A model generated the notes under the pieces. That model saw only the letters and a program-made list of their open reading frames with translations. It was not told the origin of the DNA and made no database searches. From positions 868,001 through 932,000 of the forward strand of contig CATNEN010000007.1 of the NCBI GenBank assembly GCA_950097015.1: a stretch of 64,000 nt of DNA, given 5' to 3'. Both the position numbers and the translations under genes were made by a program. Positions 1 to 12,094 of this stretch are shown in pieces; positions within the stretch are counted from its first letter, which is position 1, and each line of letters opens with the position of its first letter. This DNA comes from Macrostomum hystrix. Lineage: Eukaryota; Animalia; Platyhelminthes.

Positions 1-282
1 GGTGGAAATAAGCCAGAAGCTTTAACTGAAGCTATGCTTGACAGCCCTGTTGAATTTGTTGGTGAAACACCCACCATGACGCTTAATGGCATGCGGCAGC
101 TAGGCAACAGGAATGCTGCCAATGCACTTGGCATCAAACTTCAAGAACACCACACCCGCATTCTTGAGAGCGAAATGGAGGTGAGTATGGCAGCTGTCAC
201 ACAGCCTCACTACCAAGCCTGGCATCATGAGAGCCTTCGGTACATACCCCGTTGCATTGCCATGGAAGACATTATTGATTAA
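1..282 (+). other. 3' end of an unidentified ORF (possibly transposon-encoded), truncated by the window start
   Basis: Open frame to TAA at 280-282 with protein-like composition (..QAWHHESLRYIPRCIAMEDIID). No family recognised. Lies next to the Crypton element. Confidence 0.3.
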
Positions 283-313
283 ATTGAAAAGGGGAAGTGT
301 TGTGACGTATAGA

Positions 314-433
314 ATAATACCCCCCTGATTTCATTTCTTTGGCCTAGGAATGGCTGAGGACGCGTTTCTTGGCCCAGAAGCGCAGTCCAAAGCCGTTCCT
401 AGGCTATAAACAACAATTTCAGGGGGGTATTAT
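314..433. repeat. Nested inverted repeat / hairpin upstream of the Crypton ORF
   Basis: ataatacccccctga (314-328) is the perfect reverse complement of tcaggggggtattat (419-433). Inner arms gcctaggaatggct (342-355) and agccgttcctaggc (391-404) pair with 1 mismatch. Confidence 0.85.
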
Positions 434-613
434 AGTATTTAATCCTAAAGATTGGCCTGGCTCCCCAGCCTTGCGGGGGTGTGGGGGCAGAGCCCCCACA
501 GTTTAGCCATAGACAAATTTAAAGAAGTTTTAGAAAATTAGGCAAGAGCAAGACTATAAAACAACAGGAAAAGAAAGGCACAGCATTTGCATAGCTGGAA
601 CGATTCACAAAAC

Positions 614-1876
614 ATGGACAGTGAACTATTGGATATTCTGCCACTAGATCTCAAGATTGATGAAGAATTGTTAAACTTTGTCATTGGTGCAGAAAACAAA
701 CAAGCTACCTTTGACGAGCGGCCTTCAAGATACAAGGTTCTATTGGAAGACGATATCTAAAGGGCCATCATTGAGTCAACACCTGAAATGACTAGGAAGA
801 AGTCTCAATGGGCAATAAAGATTTTCACCGATTGGCATTCTGGAAAAAATCTCAATGGGCTACAGGTGGAGGTATGATGGTCCTGAAGGAGGTCAAGGAA
901 ATGAGCAAGTTGGATATGAATTATTTACTGAAGTTCTTCATTCTAGAAGTGCGCAGTGTCTGGTGAGAGATACAAGGGTGCATCTACATTGAAGGATTTG
1001 TTTTCCATGATACAATACTATTTACAAAATACTCTACATTTTAACTGGAGCTTGTGGAAAGACGTTGCCTTCATTGATAGCAGGCATGCCTTGGACGCTA
1101 CTATGAAGCTTTCAACCAAGGATGGAAAAGGTGCCAGTCTCTGAAAGTCCGAGCCAATTCCTGACATGGTTGAGGATTCACTTTGGACAGAGCAAGTTCT
1201 AGCAGACAGTTCGCTGCATCAGCTACAGTGCTCCCTAATCTGGCTTGTTGCGAAGCACTTTGCTCTCTGTGGCAGAACTGAACTGCGTAATCTTGAGTAT
1301 GATTGTCAGCTTCAACTGGAAACAGTTGGTAGAGAGGAGACTCTTAAGTACGTCGAGAATAATGTGACCAAAAACAATCAAGGTGGTCTGATCAGACTGC
1401 GCTGTGCTCCCAAAATTGTCCAGGCATTTCACACAGATGGACATGAATGCTGTCTCGTCTGTTTGTACAAGTTGTACTCATCGAAGTGTCCTTCTGGATC
1501 TCCCGGCACACTGTTTCTAGCGTGTAACCAGAATTGGACAAGTGACCCGTCATTGCCATGGTTTTGTAGAACTCCAATTGGTTGCCATACACTGGCCAGC
1601 ATGGTGAAGGACTTGTGCAAGGAAGTCGCTCCCAACAAAGGTGGAAAATTTACCAACCAGAGTCTTTGAAAGACTTGTGCAACACATTTGAATGAAGCTG
1701 GACTTCAGCGTGCTGAGATCTGTCACATTACCGGACATAGTAGCATGGCAGTTGAGCACTACATAACCGATTCTGTGGCTATGCAGAAACATGCGAGCGA
1801 CTTTGATAGCAGTGTTGTTCCCCATGCCCAACCACATCAGACAAGTGAGTCAACATGTGACTTCACTATTGATTAG
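614..1876 (+). mobile_element. Degenerate Crypton-type (DUF3504/CryptonA-like) tyrosine recombinase pseudogene
   Basis: Stitched translation MDSELL..TPEMTRKKSQWAIKIFTDW..GERY..FALCGRTELR..TKNNQGG..FTNQSL*KTCAT..ITGHSS..EHY follows the YR motif order R-K-HxxR-H-Y typical of Cryptons. Several stops (e.g. 1142, 1667) and frameshifts. Confidence 0.85.
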
Positions 1877-2026
1877 CTGTCAGCCAAGAAAATCAGAATT
1901 TTGGCATGCGGTGACACTAACAAGGTAGTTATCAGCTTTGAATAGATTGTCATAAAGTATCTGCTTTTTCACTAACTCACTGAGTGTTAACTTTGTTAAG
2001 TTGTTTATTATTTAATTTATTGTTTG

Positions 2027-2291
2027 ACCATAGACTATACGTTTAATCAGCCTAGGCCGTTAAATGACTGGCTTAGGTCAGTTAAATAATAAATACATAG
2101 AATTAGTAGCAAATAGGCCGGGCCAAGCTAGGGATTAAATAAAGTTTTGGGTTTGTGTTGTTCTTGTTTAAGCTTTTGTCTCACGGCTATAATGACTAAA
2201 TAAAATTCACTTTGACCTAATAAAAGTTACAAAAGACAGATTTGGAGGGACTTGACTAAATCGATATCATTTCTTTACTATAGTCTATGGT
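2027..2291. mobile_element. Short segment bounded by a 13-bp inverted repeat (MITE or Crypton right end)
   Basis: accatagactata (2027-2039) and tatagtctatggt (2279-2291) are perfect inverted repeats. Internal gactaaat motifs recur. No target-site duplication seen. Confidence 0.5.
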
Positions 2292-3228
2292 AAACCCCAA
2301 GTGCTGACTAAATCAAACTCACTGAGTTGATTTTCTAGGACTGAGCTGGCCAAGGACTAAATAAACTTCATTTATGTCCAAAAAATGTTAAAAGGTTGTA
2401 TATAAAATGTTATTATTCCAATATTATTATTAGGCCTACAGATAATATTTATAATATTTAATAATAACATAAATCAATTAAATTAAAAATGGATAAACTT
2501 TTACTGTTAGATATGGCAACAACAAAAAATAGATATGCCCATGACATGAATCTATGACACTTTACTCTTGACGGTAGTTAGTAAGAGAGAAAGAGGAATG
2601 GAGTCAATTTTTTTAATGTAGCTTTTTACAACGATACAATTCAACAACATGAGACGTCGATTACTAGCTTTAACCTAAAACATGAGCAAAGTGGCTACAT
2701 GTAACTTAACAATACTGCTAAAGTTTTAACTAAAAATGCGAGCTGTCCTTACCTGACATTCCTCCATATTGCGCTCGCACAGCACTCACGGAAAGTAAGA
2801 ACCCCAGTACATACAGTAGAATCATGGTATATTAATATGAATATGCAGTTCTTTGTGGCTGAGAGCAACAAAATTACATAAAGCACGTCAGGTACTACAG
2901 AAAAATTAAGGCGGAACAGTTAAAACGCCAGAAACAGGAAAAGTGAACCTTTTTTAATACAACAGACTGTATTTGATTTTATTAGGCTTCTTCGTGGCCA
3001 TTGGCGCAAGAAATTTGTTGATATATTTATATACATACAATTTAGCAACTCTTATGCACTTACGTTTGTTAAAATTGTAGTCGTTACAATGTTTGCAATT
3101 TTGCGCGCTTGGTACAAAAGCTTTTATATAAATGCAGCTTTTGAGAAAGAATAACTCCATCGAAAGTCTCTACTAGTATTTTGGCTTCGCTCTAAAATAT
3201 TCAATTATTGAGATAAATTTAATGCAGC

Positions 3229-5351
3229 ATGTCGTCAACAAATGTGCTGTTCATTATTATTACAAATATTCTAAACACTCACGTCAAAGTCTGCAATGGC
3301 ACCACAACTTTCCAACTACTAGGCGGCACGCCTTGCAGCAACTTTATGTCTGCGAATTTTGCTGAAAGTTACGACCAAGCATCTATCGGAGCATGCGCCA
3401 TGTCCTGTAGGCAAAATGGCATGTGTGGTGGCTTTACGTTCCAAAAGGTGAGGCGTTATTCTAATTCTACTGAGTTAAACTGTATATTGACAAATTTATT
3501 GGAAAAGGGCCTAACCAAACGACGCATGACTAGCTGACCATCGTAATTGTGCTCGATTTTTTGCAAACAACAATTTAGTTCTAGAGCTAATATCACAGAA
3601 ATTTATAAAAAATGGGCATAACTAGGCCTATAGTTCATTTAATCGTGATGTTGTCTACAACTTAACACTGTGCATGCAGAATTTCGAAAATTAATCGAAA
3701 AGCGAAAAGCCGGAAAGCATCCTTTGTACGCATCCGTGTTTTGGTGCCCTTCACTGTTCACAATCAATAAGGATTATTTCGTTTTAAGCTCTCTGCACGC
3801 GAAGCCACATGATTCTGCATCGATAGATCCATCTATCGTCACAACCACATGCAAAGCCAAGCAGTCTGTTATTAAATATGCTAAACAAAAAGTAATTATA
3901 CAATTAATACGCGACGCGAAAAAAATATTAGACTTATAGACTTGCGCGTCAATTATTGATTGACTACACAGGAACAGCTAATGCAGGGACTACATATCAT
4001 GCAGTTGTAGATATTGACAATTAAATAGATTCATTAAGATGAAAGCAAACGTGAGTATGTGCAGAAGTGATTAAAATAAAACGGTGAGATGACTGTGACA
4101 TTATTAATGAAAAGCTTTTGCTGCAGGCTGTTATGTCCGTTGGCTGACGATTACGGATCTGAGTATTTTTTGTTCACAAATGCAGCCTTTGTTTGGCTTA
4201 GCTTTTGTTTACGAGTAATTTCCTTTCTTTCAACATGAATCCTATTTTAGCTCATAAAAACTACACAATAGATGGCGCGTAGTTGAAAATTCGTTTCAGA
4301 AAAATATGACAATGGGCTTTAGTACTGTCATGAGAAGGTGATTGACAGGATTCTCAGTGAGCTGATCAGAATTCTCGCAAAATTAGAAAAAAACATACAT
4401 TTCCCGCACTGAAATCGCAAAGCATTTATCACGTCAGCTGAAATTCATTGTTAAGGTGCTGAAATATTTTAACAATCGCAGGAGGTCAGCGCCGGTTCCG
4501 GGCGCAGGTGTCACCTGGCCAGCCTCTGCCAACTGCAGCGCTGGCTGCGCGAGTCGCCGCCGCATTCGCTACCGCAGGCGGGCGACTGTTTTGTCTGGGC
4601 CAGCCTCAGCCGCTATCGGCTGCGCCGGCTCAGTTCCGGCCTATCGCCGGACCTCGTCAATGCCACGGTGATCTACGCCGACTTTCGCGACTCCGTTGTG
4701 GCCACTGCAAACTATCGCAACGTTTGCCAGACAGTGCTGGGCACCTTGTCGAATGTCCAGCCGGCTGCGCCAGAGGGACTAAAGTTTGCCGGCAGCGTTA
4801 GCTCCTACGTGAGCATCGACGCCAGGCCGTTTGCGGCGGCTGTGCTCACCGAGATGACCATTGTGCTGACAGCGACTCGCTCGCTAACTGACATCGGCGT
4901 GCACTACTTCTGGGGCTCTTTGTGCGACGGTCTATCTGAACTGCTGGTTCTCCGGGAGTACCAGGGCCACCTCAGCCTGCTGTACCAGGGCAATAATCGA
5001 GCCATAGACTGGTGCCTCTCGCCTACGCCCACTGAACAGTACACGAGGGCTCAGGTAACAATTGGAATCAGCACAGATTTTGTCAACACGACCATGTACT
5101 TCAACGGCACCCTCGGCCAGGGTACAGTCGGCAGTAACATTTCGTTCGCTGCCTCGCTATCAGCGGACACCATGCGCTGTGTGTTTCTGGGCCGGACCCC
5201 TTACAATTCCAAGCGCTGCCTGAACGGCACATTGCACAGCTTCCACCTGCTCAGGCGGGCTGTGAGCTCATCTGAGCTGCTGCAGCTGGTGAAATTCGGC
5301 GAAGGATCGTACCAATCTCCGGAGGAGTCTTGTCGTTTAAACGGTCTTTAA
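3229..5351 (+). CDS. Secreted PAN/apple-domain + LamG/concanavalin-like domain protein (exons 3229-3447, 4482-5351; about 362 aa)
   Basis: Hydrophobic N-terminus. PAN-type Cys pattern (CAMSCRQNGMCGGFTF) is completed across a phase-0 intron (aag|gtgagg ... cgcag|gag) by EVSAGSGRRCHL. C-terminal LamG-like signature LNGTLHSFHLLRRAVSSSELLQL. TATA-like tataaat near 3126. Confidence 0.75.
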
Positions 5352-5842
5352 TATACCTGCACCTAGCGGCCAGGTGTTGAAGAGACGACAGAAATGCTTA
5401 ACAATTCTTAGCTTTTGTAGTAATATAGCGAGAGTGTTTGTTTTCATCCTCAAAAGTTTTTATTAACTCTTTAGAGCTTCTTGTGACGGAAGGGCTTTTC
5501 CCGGAAACTTGGGTGTACTTTTCTAAGCAGCTCATCTCGCCTGATAAATTCGCGAATATCTTCAAGTGCCTTAAAAATAGCTAAAATCCAGTAAAAAGCA
5601 TGGAACACAAATAAAAAGCAGAATACTAGTTAATGCGAGCTACATCGGTGATATTGACATCTACTCGTATTTGTAATATCGACTTCGCTACGTCGCTTCA
5701 TCTTATCTCCTATCTAACCAGTGCTATTTGCAGCCCTGAGGTTTAAACTTAGGCCCATCAGCAATATGGGAGTTATAAAATATGCCATAGGACCCATCGA
5801 GGTATTTTTGTGACGAGCATGCGAATTCTAGCAATCATAATT

Positions 5843-5946
5843 AGCGATTAGCAATTAGCAATTAGCAATTAGCAATCAGCAATTAGCAATCAGCAATTAG
5901 CAATTAGCAATTAGCAATCAGCAATTAGCAATTAGCAATCAGCAAT
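5843..5946. repeat. Heptamer microsatellite (AATTAGC/AATCAGC)n
   Basis: Direct reading of the sequence. Confidence 0.9.
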
Positions 5947-6009
5947 TGGCACCGATAAAAGCAGGAATTGGAAAATAATTGGAAAGGCTGACATCGGGAA
6001 ACGTAGATT

Positions 6010-7462
6010 GGATCTAAGCAGGAATCGTAGCTAGAATCAAAGCAGGAATCGTAGCTAGAATCAAAGCAGGAATCGTAGCTAGAATCAAAGCAGGAATCGT
6101 AGCTTGAATCAAAGCAGGAATCGTAGCTAGAATCAAAGCAGGAATCGTAGCTAGAATCAAAGCAGGAATCGTAGCTAGAATCGAAGCAGGAATCATAGCT
6201 AGAATCGAAGCAGGAATCGTAGCTAGACTCAAAGTATGAAATGTAGCTAGAATCTAGGCAGCGACCGCATCTAGAATCGAAACAGGAACCGCAGCTAAAA
6301 TCAAAGCAGGAATCGTAGCTAGAATCAAAGCAGGAATCGCAGCTAGAATCGAAGCGGGAGTCGCAGCTAGAATCGAAGCAGGAATCGTAGCTAGAATAGA
6401 AGCAGGAATCATAGCTAAAATCGAAGCAGGAATCGTAGCTAGAATCGAAGCAGGAATCGTAGCTAGAATAGAAGCATGAATCGTAGCTGAAATCGAAGCA
6501 GGAATCGTAGCTAGAATTGAAGCAGGAATCGTAGCTAGAATCAAAGCAGAAATCATAGCTAGACTCAAAGTATGAAATGTAGCTAGAATCTAGGCAGCGA
6601 CCGCATCTAGAATCAAAGCAGGAATCATAGCAGGAATCGTAGCTAGAACCGAAACAGGAATCGCAGCTGAAATCGAAGCAGGAATCGTAGCTAGAATCAA
6701 AGCAGGAATCGTAGCTGGAATCAAAGCAGAAATCGTAGCTAAAATCGAAGCAGCAATCGTTGCTAGAATCTAGAATCGGTGCAGGAATCGTAGCTACAAT
6801 CGTAGCAGGAATCATAGCTAGAATCGAAGCAGGAATCGTTGCTGGACTGAAAGTATGAATAGTAGCTAGAATTGAAGCAGGAACCACAGCTAGAATCGAA
6901 GCAGGAATCGTAGCTAGAATAGAAGCAGGAATCGTAGCTAAAATCGAAGCAGGAATCGTAGCTAAAATCGTAGCAGGAATCGTAGCTACAATCGTAGCAG
7001 GAATCGTAGCTAGAATCAAAGCAGGAATCGTAGCTAGAATCAAAGCAGAAATCGTAGCTAAAATCGAAGCAGGAATCGTAGCTAGAATCGAAGCAGGAAC
7101 GTAGCTTAAATCGAAGCAGGAACCACAGCTAGAATCGAAGCAGGAATCGTAGCTAGAATCAAAGCAGGAACCGTAGCTAGAATCAAAGCAGAAATCGTAG
7201 CTAAAATCGAAGCAGGAATCGTAGCTAGAATCGAAGCAGGAATCGTAGCTTAAATCGAAGCAGGAACCACAGCTAGAATCGAAGCAGGAATCGTAGCTTA
7301 AATCGAAGCAGGAATCGTAGCTACAATCGTAGCAGGAATCAAAGCAGGAATCGTAGCTAGAATCGAAGAAGCAGGAATCGTAGCTAGAACCAAAGCAGGA
7401 ATCGTAGCTAGAATCGAAGAAGCAGGAATCGTAGCTAGAATCAAAGCAGGAATCGTAGCTAA
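6010..7462. repeat. 24-bp minisatellite (AGCAGGAATCGTAGCTAGAATC[A/G]A)n
   Basis: Tandem 24-bp units. A variant block recurs at 6225 and 6561 (336 bp = 14 units). Confidence 0.95.
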
Positions 7463-8109
7463 AACACTCCTTCTCAGTGCATTCATCATCACCTTACTAA
7501 TAAAATGAGGAAGTTGTTTTGCTTTACAACCTTGGTGAAGGCAGGAGAGAATGAACTCATCCTGGTGGTAAAATACGAGCGGTAAAATTTGGCAAACTCA
7601 ATTAAGTTACACAGCAGGGCTTCTACAGGAGTATAATCCCTTTTTGCTTGCATCTTCAGAAACTGAACAGGTTTAAAGAACACTACAGGATAATTTATTA
7701 CATGTCTGTCTGTCTTTAAATTCAAATCGTGTTCGGCTGTTTCCTGAGTAGCCAATTAAGATAGTTACTAAGGGGCTTTACTGGTGTACCTTTACTGATT
7801 GACATGAAAGACAACCTCTGAGTTGTTAGCCGATTTCCTATGTAAGCCTTTTTTAATCTGCAAACCTCCCCTCCTGTTGGAGTAATGCGCCAAAATGGTT
7901 GCCTTGACAACCGCACGATTAGTGGGCTAAGTGCAATTTGTCAAGCACAGGACCCAGGTGAAGAGGAAATAATTAGTAGTCTTCTTGCAGCGTGAAAACA
8001 TTTTCCAACGACTACTGACAGTAGGAAGTTTGAAATTAAAATTAGTTCAGGAACAAATAGCAGGTTGCTAGCCCAAGGAAAGGCATTTTGTGTTTTAAGC
8101 CACCTGACA

Positions 8110-8200
8110 GTAGGTTTTACAGCCTAGCAGTTTGAATGTCGAACTTGTGACTTGAAGGTCAGGGGTTCGATTCCCTATTCGATAGCTCCGGCTGCACATC
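8110..8200 (+). mobile_element. tRNA-derived SINE head fragment
   Basis: gtcgaacttgtgacttgaaggtcaggggttcgattccc contains a Pol III B box and nearly matches 61533-61570. Confidence 0.6.
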
Positions 8201-8483
8201 TGGCCCAGTTTAGTGTGTCGCTTTAATTTCACAAGATTTTTTCCCTATAATTTTTATCAGTGCAGTAGGGGAATATTTTTCTTAACAGTTGCATTGAAGC
8301 TTGAGTCGATAATCAGGTATGCATGGCAGGTGGAGCGAAATAAATTCTCTAACCTGGGCATCTGGCTTGCCTTATCGACTAAAATGTACACGCTATCAGG
8401 GCCAGGATATTTTAACGATTATGGACAGGCTGTGTACTGTAGATAATTAATCCTCACTTATTACAGTCTACGATAGCTAATAG

Positions 8484-9690
8484 AGTCTGTAAGACAGGTG
8501 ACAGTGTCTGTAAGACAGGTGACAATGTCTGTAAGACAGGTGACAGTGTCTGTAAGACAGGTGACAGTGTCTGTAAGACAGGTGACAGGTGACAGTGACA
8601 GTGTCTGTAAGACAGGTGACAGGTGACAGTGACAGTGTCTGTAAGACAGGTGACAGGTGACAGTGACAGTGTCTGTAAGACAGGTGACAGGTGACAGTGA
8701 CAGTGTCTGTAAGACAGGTGACAGGTGACAGTGACAGTGTCTGTAAGACAGGTGACAGGTGACAGTGACAGTGTCTGTAAGACAGGTGACAGGTGACAGT
8801 GACAGTGTCTGTAAGACAGGTGACAGGTGACAGTGACAGTGTCTGTAAGACAAGTGACAGTGTCTGAAAGGCAGGTGACAGTCTGTAAGACAGGCGACAG
8901 TGTCTGTATGACAGGTAACCGAGTCTGTAAGACAAGTGACAGTGTCTGTCAGACAGGTGACAGGTGACAGTGACAGTGTCTGTCAGACAGGTGACAGTCT
9001 GTAAGACAGGCGACAGTGTCTGTATGACAGGTAACCGAGTCTGTAAGACAAGTGACAGTGTCTGTCAGACAGGTGACAGTGTCTGAAATACAGGTGACAG
9101 GTGAGAGTGTCTGTAAGACAAGTGACAGTGTGTCACTTCGCCGAGTCCTACTGCCCGGAGCCGCTGCAGGAGGTCTTGCTGTACACGCAGCAGGGCCCGT
9201 TCCGGCGGGGGCAGGCGCGGACCCGGAGGTTCGTCGACTGTCTGACAGAAGACGCCAGGGCGCCTGATCAGATCAATGGCGCTACCTTCATCAGAGACTG
9301 CGCAGCTAAGCGTGCTTTTTGACAATGTCCCCCTTTCCTGACCACTTGTGGCCGGTGGCCATTGTATTTATTGTATTGTATTGTATTGTAAGTGATAGTG
9401 TCTTTAAGTCTGTGAGTGATACTGTCACTTGTAAGACAAGTGACAGTGTCTGTAAGACATGTGACAGTGTCTGCAAGACAGGCGAAAGTGTCTGTAAGAC
9501 AGGTGACAGAGTCTGTAAGACAGGTGACAGAGTCTGTTGGACAAGTGACAGTATCTAAAAGACAGGCGGCAGTTTCCGTAAGACAAGCGATAGTGTCTGT
9601 AAGACTGGTGACAGAGTCTGTAGAACAGGCGACAGTATCGTTAAGACAGGTGACAGCGTCTGTAAGAAAGATGACAGTGTCTGCAAGCCA
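8484..9690. repeat. 21-bp / 34-bp minisatellite (GTGTCTGTAAGACAGGTGACA)n interrupted by a LINE stub
   Basis: Tandem units on both sides of 9132-9389. Confidence 0.95.
9132..9389 (+). mobile_element. 5'-truncated RTE-clade LINE 3' end
   Basis: GC3-rich frame ..EVLLYTQQGPFRRGQARTRRFVDCLTEDA..AF* resembles the RTE ORF2 C-terminus (LLWxPxxGxRxRGRPxxTxxDxLxxD, recalled). Short 3' UTR, (TATTG)n tail, flanked by aagtgacagtgt / aagtgatagtgt (9120-9131, 9390-9401). Confidence 0.7.
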
Positions 9691-10534
9691 GGTGTCAAGA
9701 GATTTCGCCCAGAGGTTGCACCTGTTTAAAGTCGTTGAGAGCTCCGCCTTGGCAAACTGTGATTAGATAGATATTCAAAATGCACACAAAAGGATCAATA
9801 TCCATCTTAGGAATGAATTCAAGGTGGCAAATATTGAAACAGAAGCTTTTTCTTTCTTTCCAGACAGATTTTAGACCGCATTTCAAAAAAATTGTTTATT
9901 TAAACAAATTTGTATTATTTTTAATTAAACGTAACACCAGAAAATGTGCAAGCAGTCAAAAATAGGATGAAGCTAGCATTAAAAAACCGATTAGTTTCCG
10001 TATCCTAGCCCTAAAGCCGGCTGTCATTAATCAAACGAATTCCAATCACCAACGAGAGACCGGCAGCGGGAATGCAGAGCAAACACAACCGCTGATTAGG
10101 CGGTCCCGTGGTCGTCACAAGTGGCGGAGTTTAAGTTGCCGGCCTAGGAATCTAAGATTTGCAACTTCAAAGAATTTTCATACAATCCTTTACTTGTTCG
10201 AATGAGTCTTTACTTATGTATAACTCTACCGCACCGAGTGTCCTTGTGTTTGAGAATGCTGCGTATGAGGTTGAGTGCTTGATTATTGAGTTCTTGTGAT
10301 TTGAGTAGGGAAAAATCTGCCATTATTAATTTTCTTCGTCTGCGAAGCACTGTATTACGAGCTTAGAAAAGATCCAGGTCCACTTTTAATTGGCTTTGCA
10401 TTTTTGGTACATAACAAATAAACTCAGCTAAGTTGGAATCGCAGCATTAATCGTAGAAAAATGGTAGCTAAAATCGCTAGAGAAGAAGCTAGAATCGTAG
10501 CAAGAATCGTAGCAAAAAGTAAGGTCATTTCAGA

Positions 10535-11542
10535 AATCGTAGCTGGGTAGAATCAGATCTGGAATCGTAGCAAGGTAAAATCGCTTCTGGAATCGTAGCT
10601 AGGTAGAATCGGATCTGGAATCGTAGCTAGGTAGAATAGGATCTGGAATCGTATCCAGGTAGAATCGGATCTGGAATCGTATCCAGGTGGAATCGGATCT
10701 GGAATCGTAGCTAGATAGAATCGGATCTGGAATCGTAGCTACGTAGAATCGGATCTGGAATCGTAGCTAGGTAGAATCGGATCTGGAATCGTAGCAAGGT
10801 AAAATCGCTTCTGGAATCGTAGCTTGGTAGAATCGGATCTGGAATCGTAGCTAGGTAGAATCGGATCTGGAATCGTATCCAGGTGGAATCGGATCTGGAA
10901 TCGTAGCTTGGTAGAATCGGATCTGGAATCGTAGCTAGGTAGAATCGGATCTGGAATCGTAGCTTGGTAGAATCGGATCTGGAATCGTAGCTAGGTAGAA
11001 TCGGATCTGGAATCGTAGCTAGGTAGAATCGGATCTGGAATCGTAGCTAGGTAGAATCGGATCTGGAATCGTAGCTAGGTAGAATCGGATCTGGAATCGT
11101 AGCTAGGTAGAATCGGATCTGGAATCGTATCCAGGTGGAATCGGATCTGGAATCGTAGCTTGGTAGAATCGGATCTGGAATCGTAGCTAGGTAGAATCGG
11201 ATCTGGAATCGTAGCTAGGTAGAATCGGATCTGGAATCGTAGCTAGGTAGAATCGGATCTGGAATCGTAGCTAGGTAGAATCGGATCTGGAATCGTAGCT
11301 AGATAGAATCGGATCTGGAATCGTAGCAAGATAGAATCGGATCTGGAATCGTAGCTAGCTAGATAAAAACGGATCTGGAATCGTAGCTAGGTAGAATCGG
11401 ATCTGGAATCGTAGCTAGATAGAATCGGATCTGGAATCGTAGCAAGATAGAATCGGATCTGGAATCGTAGCTAGCTAGATAAAAACGGATCTGGAATCGT
11501 AGCTAGGTAGAATCGGATCTGGAATCGTAGCTAGGTAGAATC
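10535..11542. repeat. 28-bp minisatellite (GGTAGAATCGGATCTGGAATCGTAGCTA)n, related to the 24-bp family
   Basis: Tandem 28-bp units sharing the core GGAATCGTAGCTAG. Confidence 0.95.
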
Positions 11543-12094
11543 CTCTATAATATTTCAATTGCATTGTAAGTTCTTATTTGAACACTGAAATATTTCTATC
11601 AATTGGCTTTTTTCTAAACAGTTTAACCTATATTAGATATGGGATCTTGTGACGGGTAATTATGGACTGTCCGCTCATGTATCTATGCCAAATATTTACC
11701 AGTGCTCCCTGAAAGATGCCGGACGATTGACGTGAAAATGACAGGCCTTGAGAAATCAGCGAGTGTTCTTTGGAATGAGAATAAGCTGTAATTTTTCCGA
11801 ACTCTTTTTCTTTGTTCATTTTCTCCGTGGGAAACTGAAAAATGCAATCCCATTTGTTAAAATCAGATAGATTTTTTACAATATTTCTTTTTTTCTTTTG
11901 AGAGATAAAATACTTGACTTTTCATTCACTGCATGCAATCGTGTAGGTCAGAGCACTAAGCAGTGAATATAAAAGCAGTATTCATTCGCAGCATTTTTGT
12001 ATTCTGGAGAAAATTACTAAATTTTAAATAGAGCCTTTTAAAATCAAAGTTGCAGACGGACTAAAACCCAGCTTATATAATATTTTATTCGATG

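Noticed and set aside
5843-5946. (TTAGCAA)n as a telomeric repeat
   Set aside because: It is a short internal heptamer, not the TTAGGG type, and grades into a minisatellite.
7489-7916. Minus-strand ORFs of 88 and 64 aa
   Set aside because: No recognisable motif or consistent splice structure. Possibly a decayed transposon, but not supportable.
9300-9766. Minus-strand open frame starting at a ctaatcacag acceptor (FAKAELSTTLNR..)
   Set aside because: Its length comes from the 21-bp repeat. No partner exons or homology found.
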